Source: Fervidobacterium sp. (GTDB lineage Bacteria > Thermotogota > Thermotogae > Thermotogales > Fervidobacteriaceae). From it: a stretch of 52,306 nucleotides of DNA. Made by a program: the position numbers and the translations under genes. The notes beneath the pieces were generated by a model that was not told the DNA's origin, did no database searches, and saw only the letters and a program-made list of their open reading frames with translations. Each line of letters starts with the position of its first letter. Position 1 is the stretch's first letter. Below are positions 8,497-17,260 of this stretch, piece after piece. The stretch covers positions 1-52,306 of the forward strand of contig JBMFNR010000002.1 in assembly GCA_049970055.1 (NCBI GenBank), in the 5' to 3' direction.

Positions 8497-10458
8497 TTAA
8501 AATCTTATAGTTCCGAACACGGATACATACGTATTGTTCATGAAATTCGCAGGTGATGTCTTTATTCCGAACCCCAAATCTTTGCTCTCACTGAGCAACA
8601 TTAGTTTGAATTCAACATTTGAAAGGTCCGTGCCCAAATAGCATTCTGCTTCCTTCGTAGTGTAAATTACGTATGATTCCATATTGCCATAATAAAAATC
8701 GTATTTTCCTCCAATAGTGATTTTGTCTTCACCGAACATACTATAAATTTTTGGATTCATACTTAGGCCATTAAATGATAAATAGAGCCCAAATTGCTTG
8801 CTACTCAGAGAAATACTCGCGTACATTGAGTTGTCCAGATTGTACATTCCACAGAAAGACAGATTGAAAAAACTCGGCACTTTTATTTCTCCAATGAAAC
8901 CCAAATCTTCGGAAAAGTACTTATCTGAGACATAAAGTTTAAAGTTATCAGTAATCACGCCAACGATCCATGGTAATTTTCCACTCTCATATCCCACACC
9001 GGCCATCAACGATACTGTCTCTGTTACGTTTATTTGGGTACTCAATCCCGTTTTTTTACCTAACGAATATAAGCCCTGATCTGAAAAGAACGTGTACGGT
9101 GATTTGTAGAACATATTAATCGAATATCCATTTGCAGCAAATTTTAGACTTGCCGTTGAAATTCCAGCGCCATCGTAAGATACACTTATCGCACTCTCCT
9201 GGTTCGGTTTAAATGTCAAAGTAAGTTTGTTGGAGAAAGTATTAGAAACGAGATACTGTGTTGAACTTGTTTTATACTGATAATTGAATGTGTATTCTCC
9301 TTTTACGGGAAGCCCACCCTTTTCTTCAACACCTTCAATTACAAGTTTTCCGTCTTTCTCTACGAGTTTAAAGACCCCATTCTTCCCACCGTAACCATCT
9401 GGCTCATAAGATGGTGCGTTGGGATCCTCTTCCCATGTATCTGTTCCACCTATTACAAAGACATACTTGTACCTGTAGATGCCTGGTTGCAATTGTACAC
9501 TTGCCAGCCAGTAACCTTCAACAAATTGCATCTTCAAAGCTCTTGCATTCCAGTTGTTAAATGATCCCGCAAGGTAGGCTTCTTGCGCATTTTCTTTCTT
9601 TACAGCGAATACAACATTTTTCCCAACAACTGAAAGACCTGACGTAACTTTTTGGATAACCGTCTCAGTTGCATTTGCTTGTAAAACTTGAACTTTCTGT
9701 TGAGATGACTTCTCATCTACGGTTACCGCACCTTGAGGTGCCCGAACAAATAGCTTTCCACCTTCTTTAGCTACTTCAATCACACCGTTTTTTCCACCGA
9801 ATCCATCATCGGTAAACGCAAATGCGTTTGGATCAACCATCCAATTACCATCGATTATGAATTTGTACTCGTAGATGCCTGGCGTTAATTCCAGTACGGC
9901 TTCCCACCAACCAGTATCGACATAGTAACACTCCGTATCATTGTCTTTCCAGTTATTGAATGAACCGGCTATGAAAACATGCTTTGCATCTTTTGCGTAG
10001 ACCCGTATTACAACGTAACCATCTTGATCTACGAAGATCGTATTTTCACGCTTGGTATTTAATTCATACTTTTTCGAAGGTGTTTGTTGGGAAGAAATTC
10101 CGATAATTTTTCCATCTTCAGTTAACGTAAACGCTCCATTTTTCCCACCGAACCCATCATCCACAAACAAAGGCGCTTCCGGATCTTCTTTCCACGTTTT
10201 ACCTTCTATGACATATTTATACTGGTAACTCCCTGGTTTCAATTCCACTTCGTAAGTCCACACACCGTTGACAAGTTTCATAGGCCATGCTGTTGGGTTC
10301 CAATTGTTGAAATTACCAGCAAGGTAAACGATACTTGCATCTGCTTTGAATGTGAACACCACTTTCCCTTCCTTGTACTCCACAGCTCCAAATAGTTGTG
10401 ATGCTGATATAACAATGAGCAAAATTACAACGATGCTACCAACCTGCGTTTTCTTCAT
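8497..10458 (-). CDS. Secreted protein with three CBM48/AMPK-type glycogen-binding domains and a C-terminal predicted beta-barrel
   Basis: Signal peptide; three repeats of AGxFNNW…LxPGxYxYK…DPxA…DGxGGKNG; last ~270 aa of amphipathic beta-strands ending VSVFGTIRF. AGGAGGTG RBS favours ATG 10458. Confidence 0.8.
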   Translation of the reverse strand: MKKTQVGSIVVILLIVISASQLFGAVEYKEGKVVFTFKADASIVYLAGNFNNWNPTAWPMKLVNGVWTYEVELKPGSYQYKYVIEGKTWKEDPEAPLFVDDGFGGKNGAFTLTEDGKIIGISSQQTPSKKYELNTKRENTIFVDQDGYVVIRVYAKDAKHVFIAGSFNNWKDNDTECYYVDTGWWEAVLELTPGIYEYKFIIDGNWMVDPNAFAFTDDGFGGKNGVIEVAKEGGKLFVRAPQGAVTVDEKSSQQKVQVLQANATETVIQKVTSGLSVVGKNVVFAVKKENAQEAYLAGSFNNWNARALKMQFVEGYWLASVQLQPGIYRYKYVFVIGGTDTWEEDPNAPSYEPDGYGGKNGVFKLVEKDGKLVIEGVEEKGGLPVKGEYTFNYQYKTSSTQYLVSNTFSNKLTLTFKPNQESAISVSYDGAGISTASLKFAANGYSINMFYKSPYTFFSDQGLYSLGKKTGLSTQINVTETVSLMAGVGYESGKLPWIVGVITDNFKLYVSDKYFSEDLGFIGEIKVPSFFNLSFCGMYNLDNSMYASISLSSKQFGLYLSFNGLSMNPKIYSMFGEDKITIGGKYDFYYGNMESYVIYTTKEAECYLGTDLSNVEFKLMLLSESKDLGFGIKTSPANFMNNTYVSVFGTIRF

Positions 10459-10519
10459 TAACCGCACCTCCTGATATCATTTTATCTATCTTTCTCATTC
10501 CCACCAAATTACGAACACA

Positions 10520-11755
10520 TTACCACCAAAGACTGAAATATACACCACCAACAGGCTTAAATGCGTCTTTTCTTTCAAAATCACCGTCGCCAATTCTCAG
10601 TGCAACCTCGCCGTTTGCAAAGCCAGTGAATTTAATTTCAGAGTAGAAGAAATCCTTCTCTTCGTAGTAACCTATGACTTTCTGATATTTTGAAAAAAGC
10701 GAAATGTTACCAAAGTTCTTACTGACATCGAGATAAAAAAGCTCACCTAACGTATTAATCGAATTGTGAATAGGTTTTCCAAAAGCATAACCTAAGTTAC
10801 CAGAAAAATCAAAAAGTGAGAACTTGCTACCAAAAGCGAAATAGAAATTTCCCCACCGATCTGGCGTAAATCCTGTAACATTCGAAACACCTGTTTTCTT
10901 AACATTTAAATATATTTGCCCAAAATTTACATCTAATCCCACTTCCGTGTTCTTATCAAGATCACTTGGAAGTGTTGCAAAATTGAAGTGAGTATTGATG
11001 TACGTATTGAAAGAAGGTGACGAGCCGAACCTGTGCCACAGATTCACCATATTTTGTTGATTAATAACCTGCGAACTGTACGAAAAACTCGTATCGCTTG
11101 CACCGGCAAGTATGTAAGTGCCCCCCCATCTATAATTGTTTTCAGATATCTGCGTGTACAAAAGAGAATTTTTAACGTTAAAGTGCGTTAAATCCTGCGC
11201 AGCTATCTCGGATTTGAAGTTGACACTTCCAAAAGTTTTGTTGTAGTAAATGGCCGCATCGAATAAGTTATCTCTTTTACCAATAATTAGTAACGTATCC
11301 GGAAAATTCATCTGAGCATGCATCAGATTCAATGTATTAAAAAATGTCAATTTAACTGGAAAAATAGGATAAATTTCGACTTCTAATCCATTTTGACCAC
11401 TGTTGATTTTGTATAACACAATTGGATCCTGTGTAGAACCGTACGTTGTGTTATCGTAAAGTGATAATTTAAATGCGTCGTTTTTGATCACAAGTTTTGC
11501 CGATTCAAGACTTGTATCTTTTAAACTGAAGGATAAATCGTATCCAGACCCAAATGCATTGGCGTTAATTCTAAATTCTGTACTAAGATTCGTATTTAAG
11601 TTATCTTCTGAAAAATCGTAAGTGAATTCAAATTTTGCTGAGTAGTTTGTTTGCAAAGCGAAAGTAGAAGAAAGCGGAACTATTAAAATCGTTAAAAAAG
11701 TTAAGATAAAAGCTGTATTCTTGACAATTTTGAGAGTTTTATCTTTTTCTTTCAC
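10520..11755 (-). CDS. Predicted outer-membrane (toga) beta-barrel protein
   Basis: Signal peptide (…STFA), Phe/Tyr/Gly/Asn-rich alternating strands, aromatic C-terminus GGVYFSLWW. GAGGTG RBS favours GTG 11755. Confidence 0.6.
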   Translation of the reverse strand: MKEKDKTLKIVKNTAFILTFLTILIVPLSSTFALQTNYSAKFEFTYDFSEDNLNTNLSTEFRINANAFGSGYDLSFSLKDTSLESAKLVIKNDAFKLSLYDNTTYGSTQDPIVLYKINSGQNGLEVEIYPIFPVKLTFFNTLNLMHAQMNFPDTLLIIGKRDNLFDAAIYYNKTFGSVNFKSEIAAQDLTHFNVKNSLLYTQISENNYRWGGTYILAGASDTSFSYSSQVINQQNMVNLWHRFGSSPSFNTYINTHFNFATLPSDLDKNTEVGLDVNFGQIYLNVKKTGVSNVTGFTPDRWGNFYFAFGSKFSLFDFSGNLGYAFGKPIHNSINTLGELFYLDVSKNFGNISLFSKYQKVIGYYEEKDFFYSEIKFTGFANGEVALRIGDGDFERKDAFKPVGGVYFSLWW

Positions 11756-11765
11756 ACTTTTCACC

Positions 11766-12497
11766 TCACTTGTATACAACGGATGTTTTGATCAGAGAGT
11801 ACTTAGGGTTTAAGGTTATTTCTATATCCACAGTACCGGTACCTTCCAAACTTAATTTGGCATTGTCAAATCCTGCATCGTATTTTTTTCCATCGAAGTT
11901 GAATTCCCAAGGTTTCCAATCCCTTACGTTTCTTGTCACCTTAAATTGATAGTCTTTTTTTGTTGCGTTGAAGTTTGAAAGAGTGTAGACAAAAACTTGT
12001 CTTGTTTCATCCCATGTCATCTCTCCAGTTGAAAGGTTCCAGTTGTTGAACTCTCCACCAACGTACCATTTACTTTGAATCACCTTAAATTTTTCGCTAT
12101 CACCAACCCCTCGTGGTTGGTCGTTGATTATAAGCGTGGGGCTTGCGTATATCGTTAATGTATCTGAATTTAAATTTTCTTTCCAAACCGGGATGGCCGA
12201 TGACACCTTTGTTGTTCCACCTGCTTTGTACAACACTTTATACCAACCTATTGAGTACTCACTCCCAGATCTGCTCTGATTAAAGACCATAGATGCCGTC
12301 GGTAGTTCAAAGACATAACACTTTTCGGTATCGTTGTAAATCATCCTATCGGAATCTGAAGGTACCCAACCGTTCCACTCTCCAACAACGTAAATGCCAT
12401 CGGGTATCTGGAGATTGAGCAATTTCATACATCCACCGAAAAGGAGTAAAATTGTTATTGTTACAAAGATTTTTATACCCATCCAACGGACCTTCAC
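11766..12497 (-). CDS. Lipoprotein with two putative starch-binding beta-sandwich repeats (SusE/SusF- or X25-like)
   Basis: LFGGC lipobox; repeats IYVVGEWNGW…MIYND…YVFEL and WYVGGEFNNW…MTWDE…FVYTL…YQFKV. Confidence 0.6.
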   Translation of the reverse strand: MKVRWMGIKIFVTITILLLFGGCMKLLNLQIPDGIYVVGEWNGWVPSDSDRMIYNDTEKCYVFELPTASMVFNQSRSGSEYSIGWYKVLYKAGGTTKVSSAIPVWKENLNSDTLTIYASPTLIINDQPRGVGDSEKFKVIQSKWYVGGEFNNWNLSTGEMTWDETRQVFVYTLSNFNATKKDYQFKVTRNVRDWKPWEFNFDGKKYDAGFDNAKLSLEGTGTVDIEITLNPKYSLIKTSVVYK

Positions 12498-12600
12498 AAT
12501 TCATCACCTCCGAACCTTCGATGCTGAGTCACTGATAAGTTTAAGTTGCCATTAATTCATCTTTATTCATTTATTCACCATTTTCGTGAACTATCTTACA

Positions 12601-12625
12601 AAAAGGGGGCTTAAAGCCCCCTTTT
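12601..12625 (-). terminator. Intra-cluster hairpin/terminator after the DOMON-like lipoprotein gene
   Basis: aaaagggggc-ttaaa-gccccctttt, giving a U tract on the minus strand. Confidence 0.7.
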
Positions 12626-12654
12626 GTATCCTCAAAGAGCAAATACATTTACTG

Positions 12655-13329
12655 CTATTTCTGCGTCGGATATGTGACAACATTTTTGATAACTATTGGT
12701 GCTTCGTAACCACCACTCCCAGTTTCAAATCCTTGATTAGGGTAGAAATCTCCAGCCCATTGTGTACCTTGATCAAATCCACCGGTAATGACAAAGACCG
12801 CTTTCACAGAGAGTCCACTTGCATTTGTAACACCAAGTTTTGAAAGTGGAATAGCAAACTCGACAATCTTCTTACCATCCTCAGTTGTAGTATTTGCGAA
12901 AGTTCCTGTTGCCTCTGTAGCCTCACTGGCTGTAAAGGTCCAAGCGGTGTAACCATCCCCCCATGTTTCCAATACAAAATCTACATCACCATTTTCAAAT
13001 TTGTACTTTCTATTCCACGGATGGTTGCTTGTATCAGATGCACCTGTCACACCGGAAAGATCAACCATGACCATTAAATTGTTCATATTTTCTTTTGTAA
13101 ATACACCAGCGATGTAAAGATTTTTTTCATCAAAGCGAATACCCGCTTGGTAAATTTCGTTGTTGCCTCCCCATTGTGAATCATTAGCGTTGTCTGTGTA
13201 GAGATACCCTTCCCAATCTGTTAACGTTCCATCTACCGTTACACTCTTTGGTTGCTTTTCGAGTAACGCGCAACTTGCAACCACGAGCATCAAAACAATA
13301 GCCGATGTAATGAACAATGCTTTTTTCAT
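12655..13329 (-). CDS. Lipoprotein with DOMON-like/CBM9-like sugar-binding domain
   Basis: VVASC lipobox; VTVDGTLTDW…TDNANDS…FDEKNLYIA…VEFAIPLSKLG pattern typical of DOMON-like carbohydrate-binding modules. Confidence 0.6.
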   Translation of the reverse strand: MKKALFITSAIVLMLVVASCALLEKQPKSVTVDGTLTDWEGYLYTDNANDSQWGGNNEIYQAGIRFDEKNLYIAGVFTKENMNNLMVMVDLSGVTGASDTSNHPWNRKYKFENGDVDFVLETWGDGYTAWTFTASEATEATGTFANTTTEDGKKIVEFAIPLSKLGVTNASGLSVKAVFVITGGFDQGTQWAGDFYPNQGFETGSGGYEAPIVIKNVVTYPTQK

Positions 13330-13455
13330 ACTTTCACCCTCCCCTTTAAATGGTATGAGATGTCTTGCAACATTTTTATTTTATCTCAAAATGTTTAAAT
13401 AGAAATTTTGCGTGGAAATGTTCCATTTGGTACATCTTCACAAATTAACTACCTA

Positions 13456-16116
13456 TTACTGATTATTTACAAACACATAGATCTGTCTTGGGTTAATTGT
13501 CCAGTTTGTATTTTGAGAAAGTGGTTCTTCACTTTTAGGCCCGAATTCGAATAAGTTTCCATTAAAGAAGGCGTACCATACCCAGCGATATGTTGCTGGA
13601 ACTTCGTACGTGTTTGAATAAGTCGGGTCAAGATTAATTAAGACAAGTACATGCTGCGTGCCGTAGCTTCTTTTTATAACATAAAGGTTCTTCCAGTCTC
13701 TCTCAACTGATAAGTTCCCAAATGCCAGTGCGGGGTATGTTTTTCTCAAATATATGAATTGTTCGAAGAAATTCAAAATTGCGTACCCATTTTGTTGTTC
13801 TTCAACGGACACACCATCGAACGGATCATCGTACATCGCTCCATCGACATTTGCATTACCAAAAGTGATATTCTTTTCTTGATATATCGATTTTGTCCAG
13901 GTAGGTTGACCAACTCCCTGTTGAGAAGCGTACCATTGCATCGGCTCACGAACGGGCATATCCCAGGGATCTGTACTCCATTTCCAGCCCCTTAAGCCTA
14001 TTTCATTGCCGTAGTATATGGTTGGCATGCCGTTTAACGAGAGTAAAAGAGCATTTGTAAGTAAATATTGCTTTGTTCCACTTGTGGCGTCACCATGGTA
14101 TTTATCATCAATTAACACCGAAATGAATCGATTCAAGTCGTGACTATCGATGAATGGAAAATGGTAGGTTGTTAGTTGGTATTGTGAAGCTATCGAGTTT
14201 ACCCACCCTATAGAATTAGATAGCAGATTGTCTATCCCTTCAAAGTTACTTGTAATGTTGTACATGAATGTAAAGTTGAAAACAGGCATAGGTGCGAATT
14301 TAGATAACGTAGTTGTCGATCCATCGTAAACCTCGCTTACAACGATTGCACCATCTCCCAATTTGTTTCGTATATATTCCTCTATCTGCTTAGCAACATC
14401 TGCAGATTGGTCAATTCCATCATTCCAATCCCAACCAAAGTAATGTTTTGCCGCATCTAATCTAAACCCATCAACACCCATAGTTATCCAAAAGTCAATT
14501 ATTTTTTTAACTTCATTTAGAACTTGTGGGTTTTCGTAGTTCAGATCGGGCATCGAGGAGTCAAATAAACCAAAATACCACACTTTTTGACCTTTTTGAT
14601 TTATCTTCCAATGCCAATGATTAGTATTTTGAGGCTGCTCTAAACTCATAATATAATAGTTCCAATATAGAGAACTTGTCGTATTTTCAATAGCATCCAA
14701 GAACCAAGGGTGTGTGTCCGATGTATGGTTAACAACAAGATCCATCACAATTTTTATTCCGTTTTGATTGAGCTGTTTTATCATACTATCTAAATCCGAA
14801 AGCGTTCCGTAATCAGGTTCGGTATCGTAAAAATCCTCAACATCGTATCCATGATATGATTTTGCCTTCGTGAAAGGTAAGAACCACACAGTATCAATTC
14901 CTAAATCTTTTAAGTAGCTTACTTTCTGCTCTACTCCTTTGAAATCCCCAATACCATCACCATTTGAATCGTAGAAGGACCTTACAAAGAGTGTATACAT
15001 CGTTGACGAGGTCAGAGGAATATTTAGCGATGTTAACTGGATGCGATCTTTCGAAATTTCAATTATTCCGCTCTCTTTCCCTTCTACTACAGCATTCACT
15101 CCAAAGGCTTCTATCTTCCAGTATTCATCTCCAGTAAGGTTCTCAATCTGATATACTTTTGATGTAGTTTGACCTACAAGCTGATAAAATTTTTCTCCTT
15201 TCAAGCGTTTGAATACGTAATAATTTGCCTGTGTATTTGAATGGTTCCAACTCAAAGTCAATTCATTTAGGTCCGTGTTGTAAGTACCTGAAAGGTTTTG
15301 GACTGGCTCAACGTAAGGGAATGATACACCTTCGACTGCGACATCGACAATTATTTTTGAATCGTACGACACATTGAAGACAATTCTCGTATTCTCGGTA
15401 GGGTTTATCTGTACGTATCTTGATACCGTAACATGTTCGTTCGCCGGATTCATCGTACCTTGCTGCTTTTCAGAAAAATCAGCGCTAAATTCAACTTTCC
15501 AAATGGCCGGGTACAAAGTTTTTTGCATCGTTACCATCTGCGAGTCGAAGTTTATTGTTTCAACAAATTCCTGATCTGTCGTTGGGCGGTAGAATTTAAC
15601 AGTCGAATTTGAAATATTATAGTAATTCCAAATGTTATCAGAAAAATTCCATTTGACTTCCAATGTGCCTGATACAAAGTCAGTGGTCACAGATACATTA
15701 TTTACGCCTGCAACTATTTGCTTTTGGGCTTCTCCTTGGAGTATAACTACTGAGCTTTCATTGTAGCCTCTGATTATAAATTTGTACGTACCAGTACTGT
15801 TTAAACTAATTTCAAAGCGTGGGTTTGAAACTTGTGTTGTCTCTTGCCTCACAACACTTTTTTGCTCGGAATCCAAAACTTCAAGTTCCACTTTTTTCAA
15901 AAGCGATGCATAATCTACAAGTGGTACTGTCTTTCCACTTTTGTACGTATATTCAGTATATTCGTTTGTGCTTGGAATAGAGATGCTAACCTTAACAGAA
16001 ATCTTTCCTGAAGTAATCGCGTTTGTACAACTGAAAAGTAAGTAAATGAACAAAAAAGCAGTGAAAATTAGAAAAGAAGTTTTGTTCTTTCTTCTCAATT
16101 TTTTCGAGCCAAACAT
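13456..16116 (-). CDS. Lipoprotein alpha-amylase (GH13) with ~340-aa N-terminal beta-sandwich/FN3-like extension
   Basis: LLFSC lipobox; FVRSFYDSNGDGIGD, YHGYDV, DLVVNHTS, DGFRLDAAKH (nucleophile Asp), SEVY (acid/base Glu), FIDSHDLNR, IYYGNEIG, REPMQW. Confidence 0.92.
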   Translation of the reverse strand: MFGSKKLRRKNKTSFLIFTAFLFIYLLFSCTNAITSGKISVKVSISIPSTNEYTEYTYKSGKTVPLVDYASLLKKVELEVLDSEQKSVVRQETTQVSNPRFEISLNSTGTYKFIIRGYNESSVVILQGEAQKQIVAGVNNVSVTTDFVSGTLEVKWNFSDNIWNYYNISNSTVKFYRPTTDQEFVETINFDSQMVTMQKTLYPAIWKVEFSADFSEKQQGTMNPANEHVTVSRYVQINPTENTRIVFNVSYDSKIIVDVAVEGVSFPYVEPVQNLSGTYNTDLNELTLSWNHSNTQANYYVFKRLKGEKFYQLVGQTTSKVYQIENLTGDEYWKIEAFGVNAVVEGKESGIIEISKDRIQLTSLNIPLTSSTMYTLFVRSFYDSNGDGIGDFKGVEQKVSYLKDLGIDTVWFLPFTKAKSYHGYDVEDFYDTEPDYGTLSDLDSMIKQLNQNGIKIVMDLVVNHTSDTHPWFLDAIENTTSSLYWNYYIMSLEQPQNTNHWHWKINQKGQKVWYFGLFDSSMPDLNYENPQVLNEVKKIIDFWITMGVDGFRLDAAKHYFGWDWNDGIDQSADVAKQIEEYIRNKLGDGAIVVSEVYDGSTTTLSKFAPMPVFNFTFMYNITSNFEGIDNLLSNSIGWVNSIASQYQLTTYHFPFIDSHDLNRFISVLIDDKYHGDATSGTKQYLLTNALLLSLNGMPTIYYGNEIGLRGWKWSTDPWDMPVREPMQWYASQQGVGQPTWTKSIYQEKNITFGNANVDGAMYDDPFDGVSVEEQQNGYAILNFFEQFIYLRKTYPALAFGNLSVERDWKNLYVIKRSYGTQHVLVLINLDPTYSNTYEVPATYRWVWYAFFNGNLFEFGPKSEEPLSQNTNWTINPRQIYVFVNNQ

Positions 16117-16215
16117 ACAATCACCCCTTTGAAAATTTTGTATTTAATATTTTATAACTTAACAACATAATTTTTCATTAACAATTTGGAATTTTCCATC
16201 ATCTACAAGAAAATG

Positions 16216-16243
16216 AAAAGGCTTCGGTTTCCCGAAGCCTTTT
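16216..16243 (-). terminator. Intrinsic terminator at the end of the ABC transporter operon
   Basis: aaaaggcttcgg-tttc-ccgaagcctttt, perfect 12-bp stem with a GAAA loop on the minus strand. Confidence 0.85.
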
Positions 16244-16267
16244 GAAATTTATTTTGATTATTTTTGA

Positions 16268-17260
16268 TTATTTCAACTTTCCTTCTTGGACTGGGTAACA
16301 AGCTACAAAGTGACCTGGTGATACTTCTTTTAATTGTGGATGTGGATCCGTTTTACAACGTTCTTCTTTGAACGGACATCTCTCGTAAAACCTACATATC
16401 GATGGTGGATCAATTGGTACACTTATATTTCCAATGATGTTAGGTTCTGCACGTTTATATTCTGGATCTGGGACCGGAACAGCGTCCATAAGGGCTTTCG
16501 TGTACGGGTGGAGAGGATTATGGAGTAGTTCCTCTGTATCTGCCAATTCGACGATCTTTCCAAGGTACATAACGGCGATCCTGTTGACCATGTACCTTGC
16601 AACTGCAAGATCGTGGGTGATGTACAGATAACTCATGTGGTATTTTTCCTGAAGTCCCATCATAAGGTGCATAACACCTGTTCTAACCGAAACATCGAGC
16701 ATCGACGTTGGTTCGTCGGCTACAATGAGCTTAGGGTTCAATATGAGTGCACGTGCGATGGCAACCCTTTGTCGTTGACCACCGGAGAGTTCGTGGGGGT
16801 ACCTCCAAAGAAAACTTTCCGGAGGCGTTAATCCAACCTCTTGAAGTAAATTTGCAACTCTCTCCTCGCGTTCCTCCAAAGTTCCAACGTTATGTATATT
16901 CAACGGTTCCGCTATTATATCAAATATCGTCATTCTAGGATTTAAAGATTCGTACGGATCTTGGAATATCATCTGCACCATCGAATGGTATTCCATCCTG
17001 TTGTACTCTTCAACAGGTTTCCCAAGAACTTTGATTGTACCATCCGTTGGCGTTTCGAGTCTCACGACCATTCTCCCCGTTGTTGTCTTTCCACAGCCCG
17101 ATTCACCAACTAATCCCAATGATTCTCCTTGCTTTATCTCAAATGTAACATCATCCACGGCATGTACAAAGTGTTTTACCTTTGAAAAGAGAGCCCTTTC
17201 TGCTGGGAATAGTTTTTTCAGATTTTTCACTTCGAGAATAATTTTATTTTCTGAACTCAT
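16268..17260 (-). CDS. oppF: Opp/Dpp-family ABC transporter ATP-binding subunit (OppF-like)
   Basis: GESGCGKTT, QMIFQDPY, LSGGQRQR, ADEPTSMLD, HPYT and C-terminal CRF…CP oligoHPY domain. Confidence 0.92.
   Translation of the reverse strand: MSSENKIILEVKNLKKLFPAERALFSKVKHFVHAVDDVTFEIKQGESLGLVGESGCGKTTTGRMVVRLETPTDGTIKVLGKPVEEYNRMEYHSMVQMIFQDPYESLNPRMTIFDIIAEPLNIHNVGTLEEREERVANLLQEVGLTPPESFLWRYPHELSGGQRQRVAIARALILNPKLIVADEPTSMLDVSVRTGVMHLMMGLQEKYHMSYLYITHDLAVARYMVNRIAVMYLGKIVELADTEELLHNPLHPYTKALMDAVPVPDPEYKRAEPNIIGNISVPIDPPSICRFYERCPFKEERCKTDPHPQLKEVSPGHFVACYPVQEGKLK

Noticed and set aside
9365..10375. Repeated nucleotide blocks suggesting a repeat array or CRISPR
   Set aside because: They are diverged in-frame CBM48 domain repeats, not identical repeats with spacers.
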